Origin: Bacteroidaceae bacterium
GTDB taxonomy: Bacteria > Bacteroidota > Bacteroidia > Bacteroidales > Bacteroidaceae
Direction: 5' to 3'
Assembly: GCA_017471185.1 (NCBI GenBank)
Contig: JAFUVZ010000050.1
Span: 27,974-91,973 of the forward strand
Length of the DNA stretch: 64,000 bases
The position numbers and the translations under genes are program-made. Under the pieces are notes generated by a model. That model saw only the letters and a program-made list of their open reading frames with translations, ran no database searches and was not told the origin of the DNA. Below, in pieces: positions 29,562-39,592 of the stretch. How positions within the stretch are numbered: the first letter of the stretch is position 1; every line of letters starts with the position of its first letter.

Positions 29562-31661
29562 ATGAAGAAAACAAATCTATTGATTATGTCAGCAGCAATG
29601 ACATTGGCTGCCTGTAACGGTGGCAATCAGCAGAATGGACAGACCAGTGAAGACCTCATCGGACGCACCACTGAGCTGAATATCGTGAACAAACGCATGA
29701 CTCCCGAAGCCCTATGGGCGATGGGACGCATTGGCGGCATGACTGTGTCACAAGACGGATCTAAGGTAGCTTATACAGTAAGCTACTACAGTGTGCCTCA
29801 GAACAAAAGCAATACTGAGGTGTTCGTTATGAATCCTGACGGAAGCGGAAACCAACAGATTACCCACACTCCAAAGGGCGAGAGTAATCTGGTCTGGACC
29901 AAAGACGGAAAGCTTCGTTTCTTGAGCAGTGAGAGCGGCAGCAGTCAGATTTGGGAGATGAACGCAGATGGTACCGGACGCAAGCAGCTCACTGATTATG
30001 ACGGAGATATTGAGGGATTCTCTCTTTCTCCAGATGAGACTAAGGTGCTGTTCGTAAGCCAGGTAAAGACGGTGGCAAGTACAGCCGACAAATACCCAGA
30101 CCTGCCAAAAGCTTCCGGACGCATCATTACCGACCTGATGTACAAGCATTGGGATGAATGGGTGACAACAGCTCCCCATCCTTTTGTGGCTGATTTGAAT
30201 GGCAACGGATTACAGAACATCACTGACCTGCTGGAAGGGGAGCCATACGAGAGCCCGATGAAGCCTTTCGGAGGCATGGAGCAGCTGGCTTGGAGCCCAG
30301 ACGGCAAACAGATTGCTTACACTTGCCGCAAGAAGACCGGACTGGAATATGCTGTCTCTACCAATTCAGACATCTATATCTATGACCTGACAACCAAGCA
30401 GACTACCAATATCTGCCCTGAGATTATGGGATATGACACCAATCCTCAGTATTCACCTGACGGCAAGTACATCGCATGGCAGAGTATGGAGCATGATGGT
30501 TATGAGAGCGACCAGAACCGTCTGTTTATCATGAATCTGCAGACGGGCGAGAAACGTTTCGTCAGCAAGGCTTTCGAGAGCAACGTTGATGAGTTCATCT
30601 GGAATGACTCTTCTGACGGTTTCTATTTCACTGGCGTTTGGCACGGTCAGACACATATTTATAATATAGACCTCAAGAACAACGACCAGCTGACGAAACT
30701 TACCGAGGGTGACTACGATTACGGCACTCTGGCTTTATGTGGCGACAAGTTGCTCACCAAGCGTCACAGCATGATGATGGGCGATGAGATTTATCAGCTC
30801 GACAAGATGGCTGGCGCTGTAGTAAAACAGCTGACCTTCGAGAATAAGGCTATCTACGACCAGTTGGAGATGGGTAAGGTAGAAGGCCGTTGGGTGAAGA
30901 CCACCGACAATAAGGATATGTTGGTATGGGTAATCTACCCACCTCAGTTTGATCCTAACAAGAAGTATCCTACTCTGCTCTTCTGCGAGGGCGGTCCTCA
31001 GAGCCCCGTAAGCCAGTTCTGGAGCTACCGATGGAATTTCCAGATGATGGCTGCCAACGATTACATCATCGTGGCTCCTAACCGTCGCGGTCTGCCTGGC
31101 TTCGGCAACGAATGGAACGAGGCTATCAGCGGCGACTATATGGGCCAGTGTATGAAAGATTACCTCACGGCAATCGACGAGATTGCTAAGGAGCCTTACG
31201 TGGATGCAGACCGTCTGGGATGCGTAGGCGCTTCATTCGGCGGTTTCTCTGTTTATTGGCTGGCTGGTAACCACGATAAGCGTTTCAAGGCTTTCATCGC
31301 CCACGACGGTATCTTCAATATCGACATGCAGTATCTGGAGACAGAAGAGAAATGGTTTGTGAATTGGGATCTGGGTGGCCCGTATTGGGACAAGCAGAAC
31401 AAGATTGCACAGAAGACCTATGCCGGTTCTCCTCACCTCTTCGTAGATAAATGGGATACCCCAATCCTCTGCATTCACGGAGAGCGTGACTACCGCATCA
31501 CTGCCAATCAAGCTATGGCTGCCTTTGACGCTGCCATTATGCGTGGTGTGCCTGCCGAACTGCTGATTTATCCTGATGAGAACCACTGGGTATTGAAGCC
31601 TCAGAACGGTATCCTCTGGCAGCGCACGTTCTTTGAATGGCTCGATAAGTGGCTGAAATAA
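29562..31661 (+). CDS. S9 family peptidase (lipoprotein, beta-propeller + catalytic domain)
   Basis: LAAC lipobox, WSPDG repeats, GGPQ, GASFGG, D and ENHW catalytic motifs. Confidence 0.92.
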   Translation: MKKTNLLIMSAAMTLAACNGGNQQNGQTSEDLIGRTTELNIVNKRMTPEALWAMGRIGGMTVSQDGSKVAYTVSYYSVPQNKSNTEVFVMNPDGSGNQQITHTPKGESNLVWTKDGKLRFLSSESGSSQIWEMNADGTGRKQLTDYDGDIEGFSLSPDETKVLFVSQVKTVASTADKYPDLPKASGRIITDLMYKHWDEWVTTAPHPFVADLNGNGLQNITDLLEGEPYESPMKPFGGMEQLAWSPDGKQIAYTCRKKTGLEYAVSTNSDIYIYDLTTKQTTNICPEIMGYDTNPQYSPDGKYIAWQSMEHDGYESDQNRLFIMNLQTGEKRFVSKAFESNVDEFIWNDSSDGFYFTGVWHGQTHIYNIDLKNNDQLTKLTEGDYDYGTLALCGDKLLTKRHSMMMGDEIYQLDKMAGAVVKQLTFENKAIYDQLEMGKVEGRWVKTTDNKDMLVWVIYPPQFDPNKKYPTLLFCEGGPQSPVSQFWSYRWNFQMMAANDYIIVAPNRRGLPGFGNEWNEAISGDYMGQCMKDYLTAIDEIAKEPYVDADRLGCVGASFGGFSVYWLAGNHDKRFKAFIAHDGIFNIDMQYLETEEKWFVNWDLGGPYWDKQNKIAQKTYAGSPHLFVDKWDTPILCIHGERDYRITANQAMAAFDAAIMRGVPAELLIYPDENHWVLKPQNGILWQRTFFEWLDKWLK

Positions 31662-31665
31662 AGCA

Positions 31666-31691
31666 TAGGGTGTAGGGAAACCTACACCCTA
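31666..31691. terminator. Hairpin after S9 peptidase
   Basis: TAGGGTGTAGG-GAAA-CCTACACCCTA perfect stem; no clear U-tract. Confidence 0.5.
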
Positions 31692-31726
31692 CATCCATCC
31701 TTAAACAATAATCTAAACGCTGAATT

Positions 31727-32023
31727 ATGGAACAGATAAATAGAATCAGAAAGATGGAACGCAAGCTGAATCTGGCACTGAAAGCTGTCAGAGGACTGGA
31801 AGTGGCGCTGAATCAGTTTGAGATGATGCAGAGCGACATCAATGAGCTGGACGAGTATTATGGCAGTGAGGAGTGGAAAGCCGACCGGGCAGCTGATGAA
31901 GCCGGGCAACTGCCCCCTGGACTGAAGCGTGGAGTTCTCTCAGAAGACGCCATCTGGAACTTGCTGGCAGACAACAAGGATTTGCTGCATCGACTTAATA
32001 TTGACTTAAATAAAAACCTTTAA
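31727..32023 (+). CDS. DUF4298 domain protein
   Basis: YYGSEEW...DEAG.LP..LKRGVLSEDAIWNLL. Confidence 0.85.
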   Translation: MEQINRIRKMERKLNLALKAVRGLEVALNQFEMMQSDINELDEYYGSEEWKADRAADEAGQLPPGLKRGVLSEDAIWNLLADNKDLLHRLNIDLNKNL

Positions 32024-32030
32024 GAACGAA

Positions 32031-32268
32031 ATGAAGATTCATGTATTGCACACAGGGGAAGTGTAAGGGCCGTTATGTCCTGCTTTTCTCTGATGGCGGC
32101 TATGCCACGAAATCATGGAAGGAAATGATCACCAGCGGCATCTCGCTCGATAAGGAGAAGCAGCGCCAGTCACTGCAATGGATCAGGGAGCAGAGCATGT
32201 CACCCGACTGCATTGAATCTCTCGCCACTCATGACACCGACATCAAGCCTCATGTGATTGAGTTGTGA
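32031..32268 (+). pseudogene. Internally deleted MBL-fold (AHL-lactonase-like) gene
   Basis: MKIHVLHTGEV* joined out of frame to a C-terminal piece YVLLFSDGGY...LATHD; HxHxDH core absent. Confidence 0.65.
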
Positions 32269-32294
32269 TTTGTTTTGTGTATATTTTGACGATT

Positions 32295-32807
32295 CTACCT
32301 ACATAACTACACTAATCACTATAAATATTTGTATATTAATATTTTATACAAACAGCTACATACACTCAAACTACACTATAACTACACTCAAACTACACTT
32401 TACCTACACACTAACTACATGTAGGAAAGCACAAGCCTAAAGGCATCCAGTATTGATGCAGTATGTAAGCCGCTTTCATCACCAAGCAAAGCGATGCTTT
32501 CCAATATGTTACAGGCTTTGAAGCCATAAGTAAGCGGCTAAATTCTCGAGAGAATTTAGCCGCTTACTTGTAGCAAAAGACCTGCGATAACGTAGCTGAT
32601 GACAAAATTCTCTCGAGAATTTTACTGCTTTCCATAAGTCGATGTACGGCTTGATATAAGCATAATACTCGTGAGACCGAAGCAAGAAACGTATGTAGTT
32701 ACTATGTAGTTTTGTGTAGTTATAGTGTAGTTTACGTGTTTATAATAATCTCTATATTCTACTGAAAATATGATATTTATCGAAAATTAGTGTAGTTATG
32801 TAGGTAG
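32295..32807. repeat. Symmetric non-coding element with nested inverted repeats and phased CTACA arrays
   Basis: Perfect 22-bp IR 32295-32316/32786-32807; perfect 20-bp IR 32368-32387/32714-32733; central palindrome with 20-bp arms at 32528-32569. Confidence 0.85.
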
Positions 32808-32950
32808 TTTTGAAAAAAAATAAGTATTTTCATGTTTTGTAAGTTCTTTATCTTGCCATTTTCCATTACACGATAAATCATTCTCCAAGCATTTACCGCT
32901 TGGTTATGTATGAACAAGGTTTACTTCTCCTTGAGCATCTGTTGGCAATA

Positions 32951-33012
32951 AATCCCTCACGAGAAAAAAAATAATCCCTCACGAGGGACGGAAAAATTCC
33001 TCGTGAGGGATT
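32951..33012. repeat. AATCCCTCACGAG repeats (two direct, one inverted); possible terminator
   Basis: Copies at 32951 and 32973 (22 bp apart) and inverted at 32999-33012. Confidence 0.7.
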
Positions 33013-33070
33013 AATGCAACAAAAAAATCATTATCTGACGTGCTTTCCGTTATATGATTTTAGGGGAGCA

Positions 33071-34165
33071 TTAATGAAGGTTTGTCTTAAAGAAACCCTC
33101 AATCTTATCGTAAGGAATCACACCAGCCACATCATCATAGAGGTCAACATGAGAAGCGCCTGGGATAATCATGATTTCCTTATTTCCCACTGTCTTGTTC
33201 TCGTTCTCCACCTTTACGCCCGTCATCTTCTCAAAAGCGTACTCTGAGAAATAGCGGCTATGTGCCTTCTCACCGTGGATGAGCAGCACTGGGTTCTGAA
33301 TCTCATGAGCCCACGCCAGCAGAGGCTGATTGAGGAACGACTGGGTACCGATTACATTCCATCCGTCAGTGCTGTTGCCACTGCGGGCATGATAGCCACG
33401 CGGGCACTTATAATATGCGTGATAGTCTTTTACAAACCAAGGTGCGTCTTCTGGCAGAGGATCAACCACACCTCCGGCACGCTGATAAGTGCCACTCTTG
33501 TAGTCGGCGGTACGCTGTGCGGCAATAGCCTTGCGATTCGCCATACGCTGCTCTGGAGTGTTTTCACTGCCAAAGTAGCCTTCTGCGCTAATCTTCGTCA
33601 TATCATACATAGTCATCGCTACTGAAGCCTTGATGCGTGGATCGAGTGCAGCAGCATTGACAGCCATACCACCAAAACCGCAGATCCCGATTATACCGAT
33701 TCGTTCTGGATCTACATTGTCTTGAACGGAGAGGAAATCAACGGCAGCGAGAAAATCTTCAGTATTGATGTCAGGAGATGCCATACGGCGAGGCTCACCT
33801 CCACTCTCTCCAGTAAACGAAGGATCGAAAGCGATGGCCAGGAATCCGCGTTCAGCCATATGCTGGGCATAGAGGCCGCTCGACTGCTCCTTAACAGCTC
33901 CGAACGGACCGCTCACTGCGATAGCCGCCAGTTTGCCGGTGACGTTCTTAGGGGTGTACATATCAGCGGCAAGAGTAATACCGTAACGGTTGTGGAAAGT
34001 CACCTTCCGATGATCCACTAAGTCGCTTTTAGCGAAAGTCTTGTCCCATTCTTGGGTAAGTTCTAACTGATTCATATTGTTTTCATTATTAGTTTTCGTT
34101 TCCATTGGCTGGCAAGCCGACAGCAGCATGGCTGCGAGCATTGCAGAGATTAGTGATGTCTTCAT
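33071..34165 (-). CDS. Alpha/beta hydrolase (YcjY-like), lipoprotein signal
   Basis: LSAC lipobox, GPFGAVKEQ, GICGFGG nucleophile elbow, HVDLYD. Confidence 0.88.
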   Translation of the reverse strand: MKTSLISAMLAAMLLSACQPMETKTNNENNMNQLELTQEWDKTFAKSDLVDHRKVTFHNRYGITLAADMYTPKNVTGKLAAIAVSGPFGAVKEQSSGLYAQHMAERGFLAIAFDPSFTGESGGEPRRMASPDINTEDFLAAVDFLSVQDNVDPERIGIIGICGFGGMAVNAAALDPRIKASVAMTMYDMTKISAEGYFGSENTPEQRMANRKAIAAQRTADYKSGTYQRAGGVVDPLPEDAPWFVKDYHAYYKCPRGYHARSGNSTDGWNVIGTQSFLNQPLLAWAHEIQNPVLLIHGEKAHSRYFSEYAFEKMTGVKVENENKTVGNKEIMIIPGASHVDLYDDVAGVIPYDKIEGFFKTNLH

Positions 34166-34175
34166 ATCGCAAATA

Positions 34176-34679
34176 TTAAAATTGATTATTCTCTTTCAAC
34201 GAGAGTGTAACGTTCACGCTGCCCTCTCCTGCCTTCAAGAATGATTTCAACGATTCTACCGTCTGATTATCAATTCTTCCGATGCGGGTATAGCTCCATG
34301 AATTAGATCCATAGAAAATGACTATCTGATTGCCGTTATAGAGCATGATGTCACCGGGAACGGTAGTAATCTGCTGGTTGTCGGTTGAGAGGGAACGGCC
34401 TAAAGCTCCCACTTTTTCAAAGCCTCCGTAATCGTCAGCCTTATAAGTGATGTCACTCTGCTGCAAGGCAGCGATAAGGCCTTTAGTAGCTGCATTATCC
34501 ACCAACGAGGCTTCACACTTCTTTCCGTCGATGGTGAGATTTAATTTCTGCTTCATAACTGTTTCGTCAGTTTGTTGGTTAATCGTTTCTTTTACGGGTG
34601 GTTCAGCCATCACACCTCCGCTATCTTTCGAGCAAGAGGTAAAGACCAACGCCATCATCAGGATTATAAAATGTTTCAT
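34176..34679 (-). CDS. Cyclophilin-like fold lipoprotein
   Basis: FTSC lipobox; DYGGFEK, GDIMLY...IVIFY...YTRIG. Confidence 0.82.
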   Translation of the reverse strand: MKHFIILMMALVFTSCSKDSGGVMAEPPVKETINQQTDETVMKQKLNLTIDGKKCEASLVDNAATKGLIAALQQSDITYKADDYGGFEKVGALGRSLSTDNQQITTVPGDIMLYNGNQIVIFYGSNSWSYTRIGRIDNQTVESLKSFLKAGEGSVNVTLSLKENNQF

Positions 34680-34794
34680 TTTTCATTTTAGTTTTATTTC
34701 CGTTTGCAAAATTACAGAGTTTATTTGCAATAGATGATACAGATTTTAGCTAAGAATCTACCAATTTTGCAGAATAATGTTTAACTTTGCCTGC

Positions 34795-35691
34795 ATGAAG
34801 AAGATTCTGAAAGTTGACAACCCGAATGTATATGCTGAGTTTGTGAATGCTCCAAAACTTCACCAGCTGGTCAGCATCATCCACTATGACGAGGTAGTTC
34901 CCTTCCGTCAGAGCCTGAACAATTATGGCGTATATGGGCTGTTCATCCAGAAAGAATTTCCCAAAATCCTATCTTACGGAACCAAGATTGTGCAGGCGAG
35001 CGACAGTTCTATCATCGCCGTAGCTCCTGGACAGATTGGCGGGATCGAAGACAACGGGCAACAGTTGTTTCTGAGCGGTTGGGTACTGCTCTGGTCGCCA
35101 GAACTGATTCACAATACCGACCTGGAGCAGAAGATCCATGAGTATGAGTTCTTCTCCTATTTCGCTACCGAATCGCTACGGATGGAACCCCAAGAATGGA
35201 CATTTATCACCCACCTGCTGAGCCAGATGCGCGAAGAATTGAAAAGTCATGAGGATTCCCCAGTGTTGCAACGGGTACTGCTTGGCTACATCAGGCTCAT
35301 CCTGGAGTATTGTAACCGGATCTACCTGCGCCAGCTTTCACAAGAAGAGCAAGCCACAACGGATATTCTGAAAAGGTTTCACGCCTTACTGGAGAAGTAT
35401 TTCAGGGAAGAACGCCAGTTGGATAAAGGATTACCCAATGTGCAGTATTGTGCGTCAGAGCTCAATTATTCGTCTCATTACTTCGGGGACATGATCCGTA
35501 AGGCCACGGGCGGTACAGCCATCGGCTATATCCACAACTATGTGATAAATCAAGCGAAGAGTTTGCTGATGAAGAGCTACAACGTCAATGAGACTTCCCG
35601 TCTGTTAGGCTTTGAATATCCTCATCATTTCACCAGGCTCTTCAAAAAAATCACTGGAGTTACCCCCTCTCAGTTTGTAGAGAATAAATGA
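34795..35691 (+). CDS. AraC family transcriptional regulator
   Basis: C-terminal double HTH (YFGDMIRK...LGFEYPHHFTRLFKK..G.TP); TAACTTTG box at 34782. Confidence 0.92.
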   Translation: MKKILKVDNPNVYAEFVNAPKLHQLVSIIHYDEVVPFRQSLNNYGVYGLFIQKEFPKILSYGTKIVQASDSSIIAVAPGQIGGIEDNGQQLFLSGWVLLWSPELIHNTDLEQKIHEYEFFSYFATESLRMEPQEWTFITHLLSQMREELKSHEDSPVLQRVLLGYIRLILEYCNRIYLRQLSQEEQATTDILKRFHALLEKYFREERQLDKGLPNVQYCASELNYSSHYFGDMIRKATGGTAIGYIHNYVINQAKSLLMKSYNVNETSRLLGFEYPHHFTRLFKKITGVTPSQFVENK

Positions 35692-35731
35692 AAAGAAAAA
35701 GCTGCTCCCCTTATGAGGAACAGCTTTCTTT
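35692..35731. terminator. Bidirectional terminator
   Basis: AAAGCTGCTCC...GGAACAGCTTT with A and T flanks between convergent genes. Confidence 0.7.
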
Positions 35732-35752
35732 ATTATTTCATTCAAACTTTAG

Positions 35753-37543
35753 TCAAATGGGATACAGCAGATTGACCACAATCAGATTGACTGCCAAGAT
35801 GATGAGATTCATAAACAGACCAATCTTCATAAAGTCGGAGAAACGGTAACCTCCAGGACCGTAAACCAACATATGGGTAGGTGAGCCGATAGGTGTGGCG
35901 AAACTGCATGATACGGCAATCATCAGCGACACCAGGAACGGCATCGGATTGACACCCATAGAAACAGCGGCCTGATAGACTATAGGATAGAAGATGGCGG
36001 CAGCGGCAGTGTTGGAAATAAACTCTGTGAGGAAGGTACCGGCCAGACTCATGACGGCCATTACCAGCAGCGGACTGTCTTGTCCGCATAGGCTCATCAG
36101 GCCATTGGCAAACGCTTCTGCAACGCCTGTCTTCTGGATGGCTGTGCCAATCACTACACTACCCGCAAAAATCATCAGTATATTCCAGTTGACCGCTTTC
36201 ATGGCCTGCTCAGGTGTGCAGCAATGGAACACCATCATAGCGAAGGCAGCCAGGATAGCACTTTGCAACAACGGCATAATCTCAAGACTCGACAGCACAA
36301 TCATGCCAATCATTATCAAGGTAGATACGAGCGTCTTCATGCCGAACTCAGCCATCACATCAGGATTGTGGAAGAACTGCAGACCGCGAACCTTCGCCAC
36401 ATCCTTGGTGCGAGGCGCACACTCCAAAAGCAGAGAGTCGCCCATACGAATCTCAATGTCTCTGGGCGACTGAATGATACGCTCTCCGTGACGGCCTACT
36501 GCCACAAGCGAGAGCTGATGGTCATGTTCAATCGTAGTTTCCGACATACGCAGGCCGATAAGTTCGCAGTCGCGCATCACATAGGCCAGACGCAGCTTAC
36601 GCTTCTTGTCCACTTCATTGATGCTGAAAACAGGATGGTCAGCATTCACCAGACCATGTGTCTTCTTCAGCTCCAGGATCTTATTCACCTGACCAGCAAA
36701 GACCAGTCGGTCGCCACCCATCAAATATTCATCACCAGGAACCGGAGAGATAATTTCACGGTCGAACCTGACAATCTCAATCAGACTGCCACCGTCAACA
36801 TTCATAAGTCCAGCTTCCTCTACAGTCATGCCGATATGCTTGTAATCAGCCGGCACCAACAGTTCGGCGGTATATTCAGAGGTTTCCTTGAAAGAATCCT
36901 CAACGCTCTGACGCACTGGAAGCAGACGCTGGAAAGCCAGGACGGTAAGGATTCCCACCACCAGACAGGCAAGACCAGGAATGGTAGTAGCGAAGATATT
37001 CATCTGAATGCCTGTCTCGCTGGCATAAAGGCCAGAAATAATCAGGTTTGGAGGCGTACCGATCAAGGTACAGATACCACCCAGGCAAGAGGCATAACTC
37101 AATGGAATGAGCAGCTTCGAGGGAGCAATCTTCAGTTTCTTGCTCCATACCTTGACTATATTGACGAAAAGGGCTACCACAGTGGTATTGCTCAGTACGG
37201 AACTCAGCAAGGCTACGGGCGCCATCAAGCGTACTACCGCTGACGAATAGCCTTTTGGTGTGCCAAGCATATACCTGGAAATCCATTGCAACACACCCGT
37301 ATTGGTCAGCCCGGCAAGAACAGCGAACAAAACGCCCACAACCACAACCGAGTTGGATGAAAAGCCACCCAACGCTTCCTCAGTATCCAGCACGCCCGAG
37401 ATCAATAAGACAGCGATAACACCTAAAAACACCACATCCTCACGCAGTTTGGTGAAGATGAGCGTCAGAAACATACAAATCACAGCCACAATAGTAATCC
37501 AAGCGGCCAGATTTAACCCTAAGACAAATGTATCAAACATCAT
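35753..37543 (-). CDS. SLC13/DASS-like permease with two TrkA-C (RCK_C) domains
   Basis: SNTTVV, TLIGTPPNL, central GDRLVF / GDSLLL TrkA-C repeats, SNTAAA, FATPIGSPTH. Confidence 0.9.
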   Translation of the reverse strand: MMFDTFVLGLNLAAWITIVAVICMFLTLIFTKLREDVVFLGVIAVLLISGVLDTEEALGGFSSNSVVVVGVLFAVLAGLTNTGVLQWISRYMLGTPKGYSSAVVRLMAPVALLSSVLSNTTVVALFVNIVKVWSKKLKIAPSKLLIPLSYASCLGGICTLIGTPPNLIISGLYASETGIQMNIFATTIPGLACLVVGILTVLAFQRLLPVRQSVEDSFKETSEYTAELLVPADYKHIGMTVEEAGLMNVDGGSLIEIVRFDREIISPVPGDEYLMGGDRLVFAGQVNKILELKKTHGLVNADHPVFSINEVDKKRKLRLAYVMRDCELIGLRMSETTIEHDHQLSLVAVGRHGERIIQSPRDIEIRMGDSLLLECAPRTKDVAKVRGLQFFHNPDVMAEFGMKTLVSTLIMIGMIVLSSLEIMPLLQSAILAAFAMMVFHCCTPEQAMKAVNWNILMIFAGSVVIGTAIQKTGVAEAFANGLMSLCGQDSPLLVMAVMSLAGTFLTEFISNTAAAAIFYPIVYQAAVSMGVNPMPFLVSLMIAVSCSFATPIGSPTHMLVYGPGGYRFSDFMKIGLFMNLIILAVNLIVVNLLYPI

Positions 37544-38392
37544 TTATTTGTTTATAAAATCTTTGATTGCTTGCAACTGGTTAATCGCCATCGCCCTACC
37601 CTCTTCATAGGTCTCTTTCATCGCCTTCGGATCATGACTGATGCGCCCAATCTTCAGGGGTTCTTTCGGACAGATGACATAAGTATCACCCTTAGCTTTC
37701 TCTGTTTCCAGGTAATGCAACTGCTCATTATACATAATGTGTCTGTCAGCCAAAGCATCAGCCAGTACAGGATACTTCCTCAGCATCAGTCTGAAAAGCC
37801 ACATCATCTGCATGGGCTTCTTCTCAAACCCAGCTGGTTGTGTGAGAATCACCAGGTTACGCTGGTAGCCCTGCTCCTGGAAATATCTGAGGGGAATGGA
37901 ATCGGATATGCCTCCGTCAAGCATTTTCAGTCCGTCAATCTCAACGACTTTCGACACAGCCGGCATCGCTGAGGAAGCGCGTATCCATTCATACAGATAG
38001 TCGCCCCCACAGTCAATCTTCTTATAAATGGCCTTGCCGGTAAATACATCGGTAGTGACCAGGTGATACTCCATTGGATTACTTTCAAATGTCTCGTTAT
38101 CAAACAGGTCGAACTCCGAAGGCACTCTGTGGTAAGCGAACTCCGCATTGAACAGATTGCCCGTAGAAACCAATGACCGGACACTGCAGTAACGCCAGTC
38201 TTTGGCAAACGCCATATTATACCTCACGGCTCTGCCTATCTGTCGGCTCTTGATATTGCATCCGAAGCAGGCGCCGGCGGAAACGCCCACCAGTCCGTCG
38301 AAAGTGATGCCGTTTTCCATCAAGACGTCAAACACTCCGGCAGAGAACAATCCACGCATAGCTCCACCCTCTAAAACCAGTCCTGTCTTCAT
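37544..38392 (-). CDS. Patatin-like phospholipase
   Basis: EGGAMRG, GVSAG, DGG motifs; stop directly abuts the permease ATG. Confidence 0.92.
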   Translation of the reverse strand: MKTGLVLEGGAMRGLFSAGVFDVLMENGITFDGLVGVSAGACFGCNIKSRQIGRAVRYNMAFAKDWRYCSVRSLVSTGNLFNAEFAYHRVPSEFDLFDNETFESNPMEYHLVTTDVFTGKAIYKKIDCGGDYLYEWIRASSAMPAVSKVVEIDGLKMLDGGISDSIPLRYFQEQGYQRNLVILTQPAGFEKKPMQMMWLFRLMLRKYPVLADALADRHIMYNEQLHYLETEKAKGDTYVICPKEPLKIGRISHDPKAMKETYEEGRAMAINQLQAIKDFINK

Positions 38393-38425
38393 CTAAAATT
38401 ATGTCTTTATCTGTAAAACTGCCTG

Positions 38426-38465
38426 CAAATATAATTGTTTTTCTCATACAAAACAATTAACTTTG
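38426..38465. promoter_or_regulatory. Divergent Bacteroidetes -7 boxes
   Basis: TATATTTG on minus strand (38426-38433) and TAACTTTG on plus strand (38458-38465). Confidence 0.6.
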
Positions 38466-38498
38466 CCGCATTAATTAATCTGTAGTTATCCGATTAAG

Positions 38499-39587
38499 AT
38501 GAACATACAACTTGATGAACATGGAAAAGAACTGCTGTCGCAGTTTAAGAAAAAACGCCCGCTGTTGGTAAAATTGGAGAAAAAGGCGTATAAAATCATA
38601 CAGGAGTTGCTGGATGAACAGGGCATTTATGTGACTGCCATAGAACACCGCACGAAACAAGAGAAATCTTTGGCAGGTAAACTGGAACTGAAAGGTGCCA
38701 AATATAAAAGCATTGAAAATATAACTGACCTGGTGGGACTGCGTATCATTACCTTCTACACCGACGACGTGGATAAGATTGCGGCCATCATCAACCATAC
38801 TTTCATTATCGACTGGAGCAATTCGGTTGACAAGCGTAAGGCTCACCAGTTGAACAGTTTCGGCTATAACTCATTGCACTACATCTGCCGCCTGCCTAAG
38901 AAAATGGTGAAGGACGAGCCTGAATTGGGTGAGATTTGGTTTGAACTACAGATGCGTACAGCCTTGCAGCATGCGTGGTCAACTATCGAGCACGATACGG
39001 GGTACAAGAGTCTGGTTCAGATACCAAGCGAGTATAAACGTCAGTTTAGCCGTCTGGCTGGTATGCTGGAGCTCATTGACGATGAGTTCAGCCGGCTTCG
39101 CACCGATATCGCTGAATACAACCGCCAGGTGCAGTCACTCGTAAAGAGCGGTAAGCTCGATGAAGTGGTACTCTCGCAAGACAACTTCCGCAATTACCTG
39201 GACACGCATCCTTTCGAGAGGTTGAACCAGCGTATCGCCGCTGTCAATCAGGCGGAGATCATCCCGACCTCACTGATGCCGTATTTCCGTGTGTTCACTG
39301 CTTTCAATTTTGAGAACATAGGTGATATTGAGCGGTTTATCAAAGAGAATGAAGAAGACGCTTATCAGTTAGCTGTCTCGCAACTGGCACTGACCGATCT
39401 GGATATTATGGCAGAGAATGTAGGTGTGCAGAACTTGTGTCTGGTTCACGCCTTGAAGAATTTCGGACGCCCAGGTCTGCGACTGGTTTTCGATAAGATA
39501 AACGGCAAAGACGACAGCAATGAATTCTTGGTAGATATGATTATGGAGCAGGCTGAGAACCTGTCGTTTATGCATAAAAAACAATAA
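38499..39587 (+). CDS. Small alarmone synthetase (RelA_SpoT domain) with uncharacterised C-terminal extension
   Basis: RTKQEKS, DLVGLR, GYNSLHY, ELQMRT..QHAW..IEHD..YK; no HD, TGS or ACT. Confidence 0.9.
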   Translation: MNIQLDEHGKELLSQFKKKRPLLVKLEKKAYKIIQELLDEQGIYVTAIEHRTKQEKSLAGKLELKGAKYKSIENITDLVGLRIITFYTDDVDKIAAIINHTFIIDWSNSVDKRKAHQLNSFGYNSLHYICRLPKKMVKDEPELGEIWFELQMRTALQHAWSTIEHDTGYKSLVQIPSEYKRQFSRLAGMLELIDDEFSRLRTDIAEYNRQVQSLVKSGKLDEVVLSQDNFRNYLDTHPFERLNQRIAAVNQAEIIPTSLMPYFRVFTAFNFENIGDIERFIKENEEDAYQLAVSQLALTDLDIMAENVGVQNLCLVHALKNFGRPGLRLVFDKINGKDDSNEFLVDMIMEQAENLSFMHKKQ

Positions 39588-39592
39588 ACAGT

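Noticed and set aside
29467-29574. Extended overlapping N-termini of GH51 and S9 given by the ORF track
   Set aside because: Downstream ATGs (29466, 29562) give proper signal peptides and leave a normal divergent promoter gap.
32258-32440. 60-aa Thr/Tyr-rich ORF
   Set aside because: It is a translation of the CTACA repeat arm, with a TTG start and low complexity.
36224-37243. Long antisense ORFs (also 26361-27332, 27949-28854, 42210-43160, 61134-62036, 3473-4153)
   Set aside because: Shadow frames opposite well-supported genes, with no recognisable motifs.
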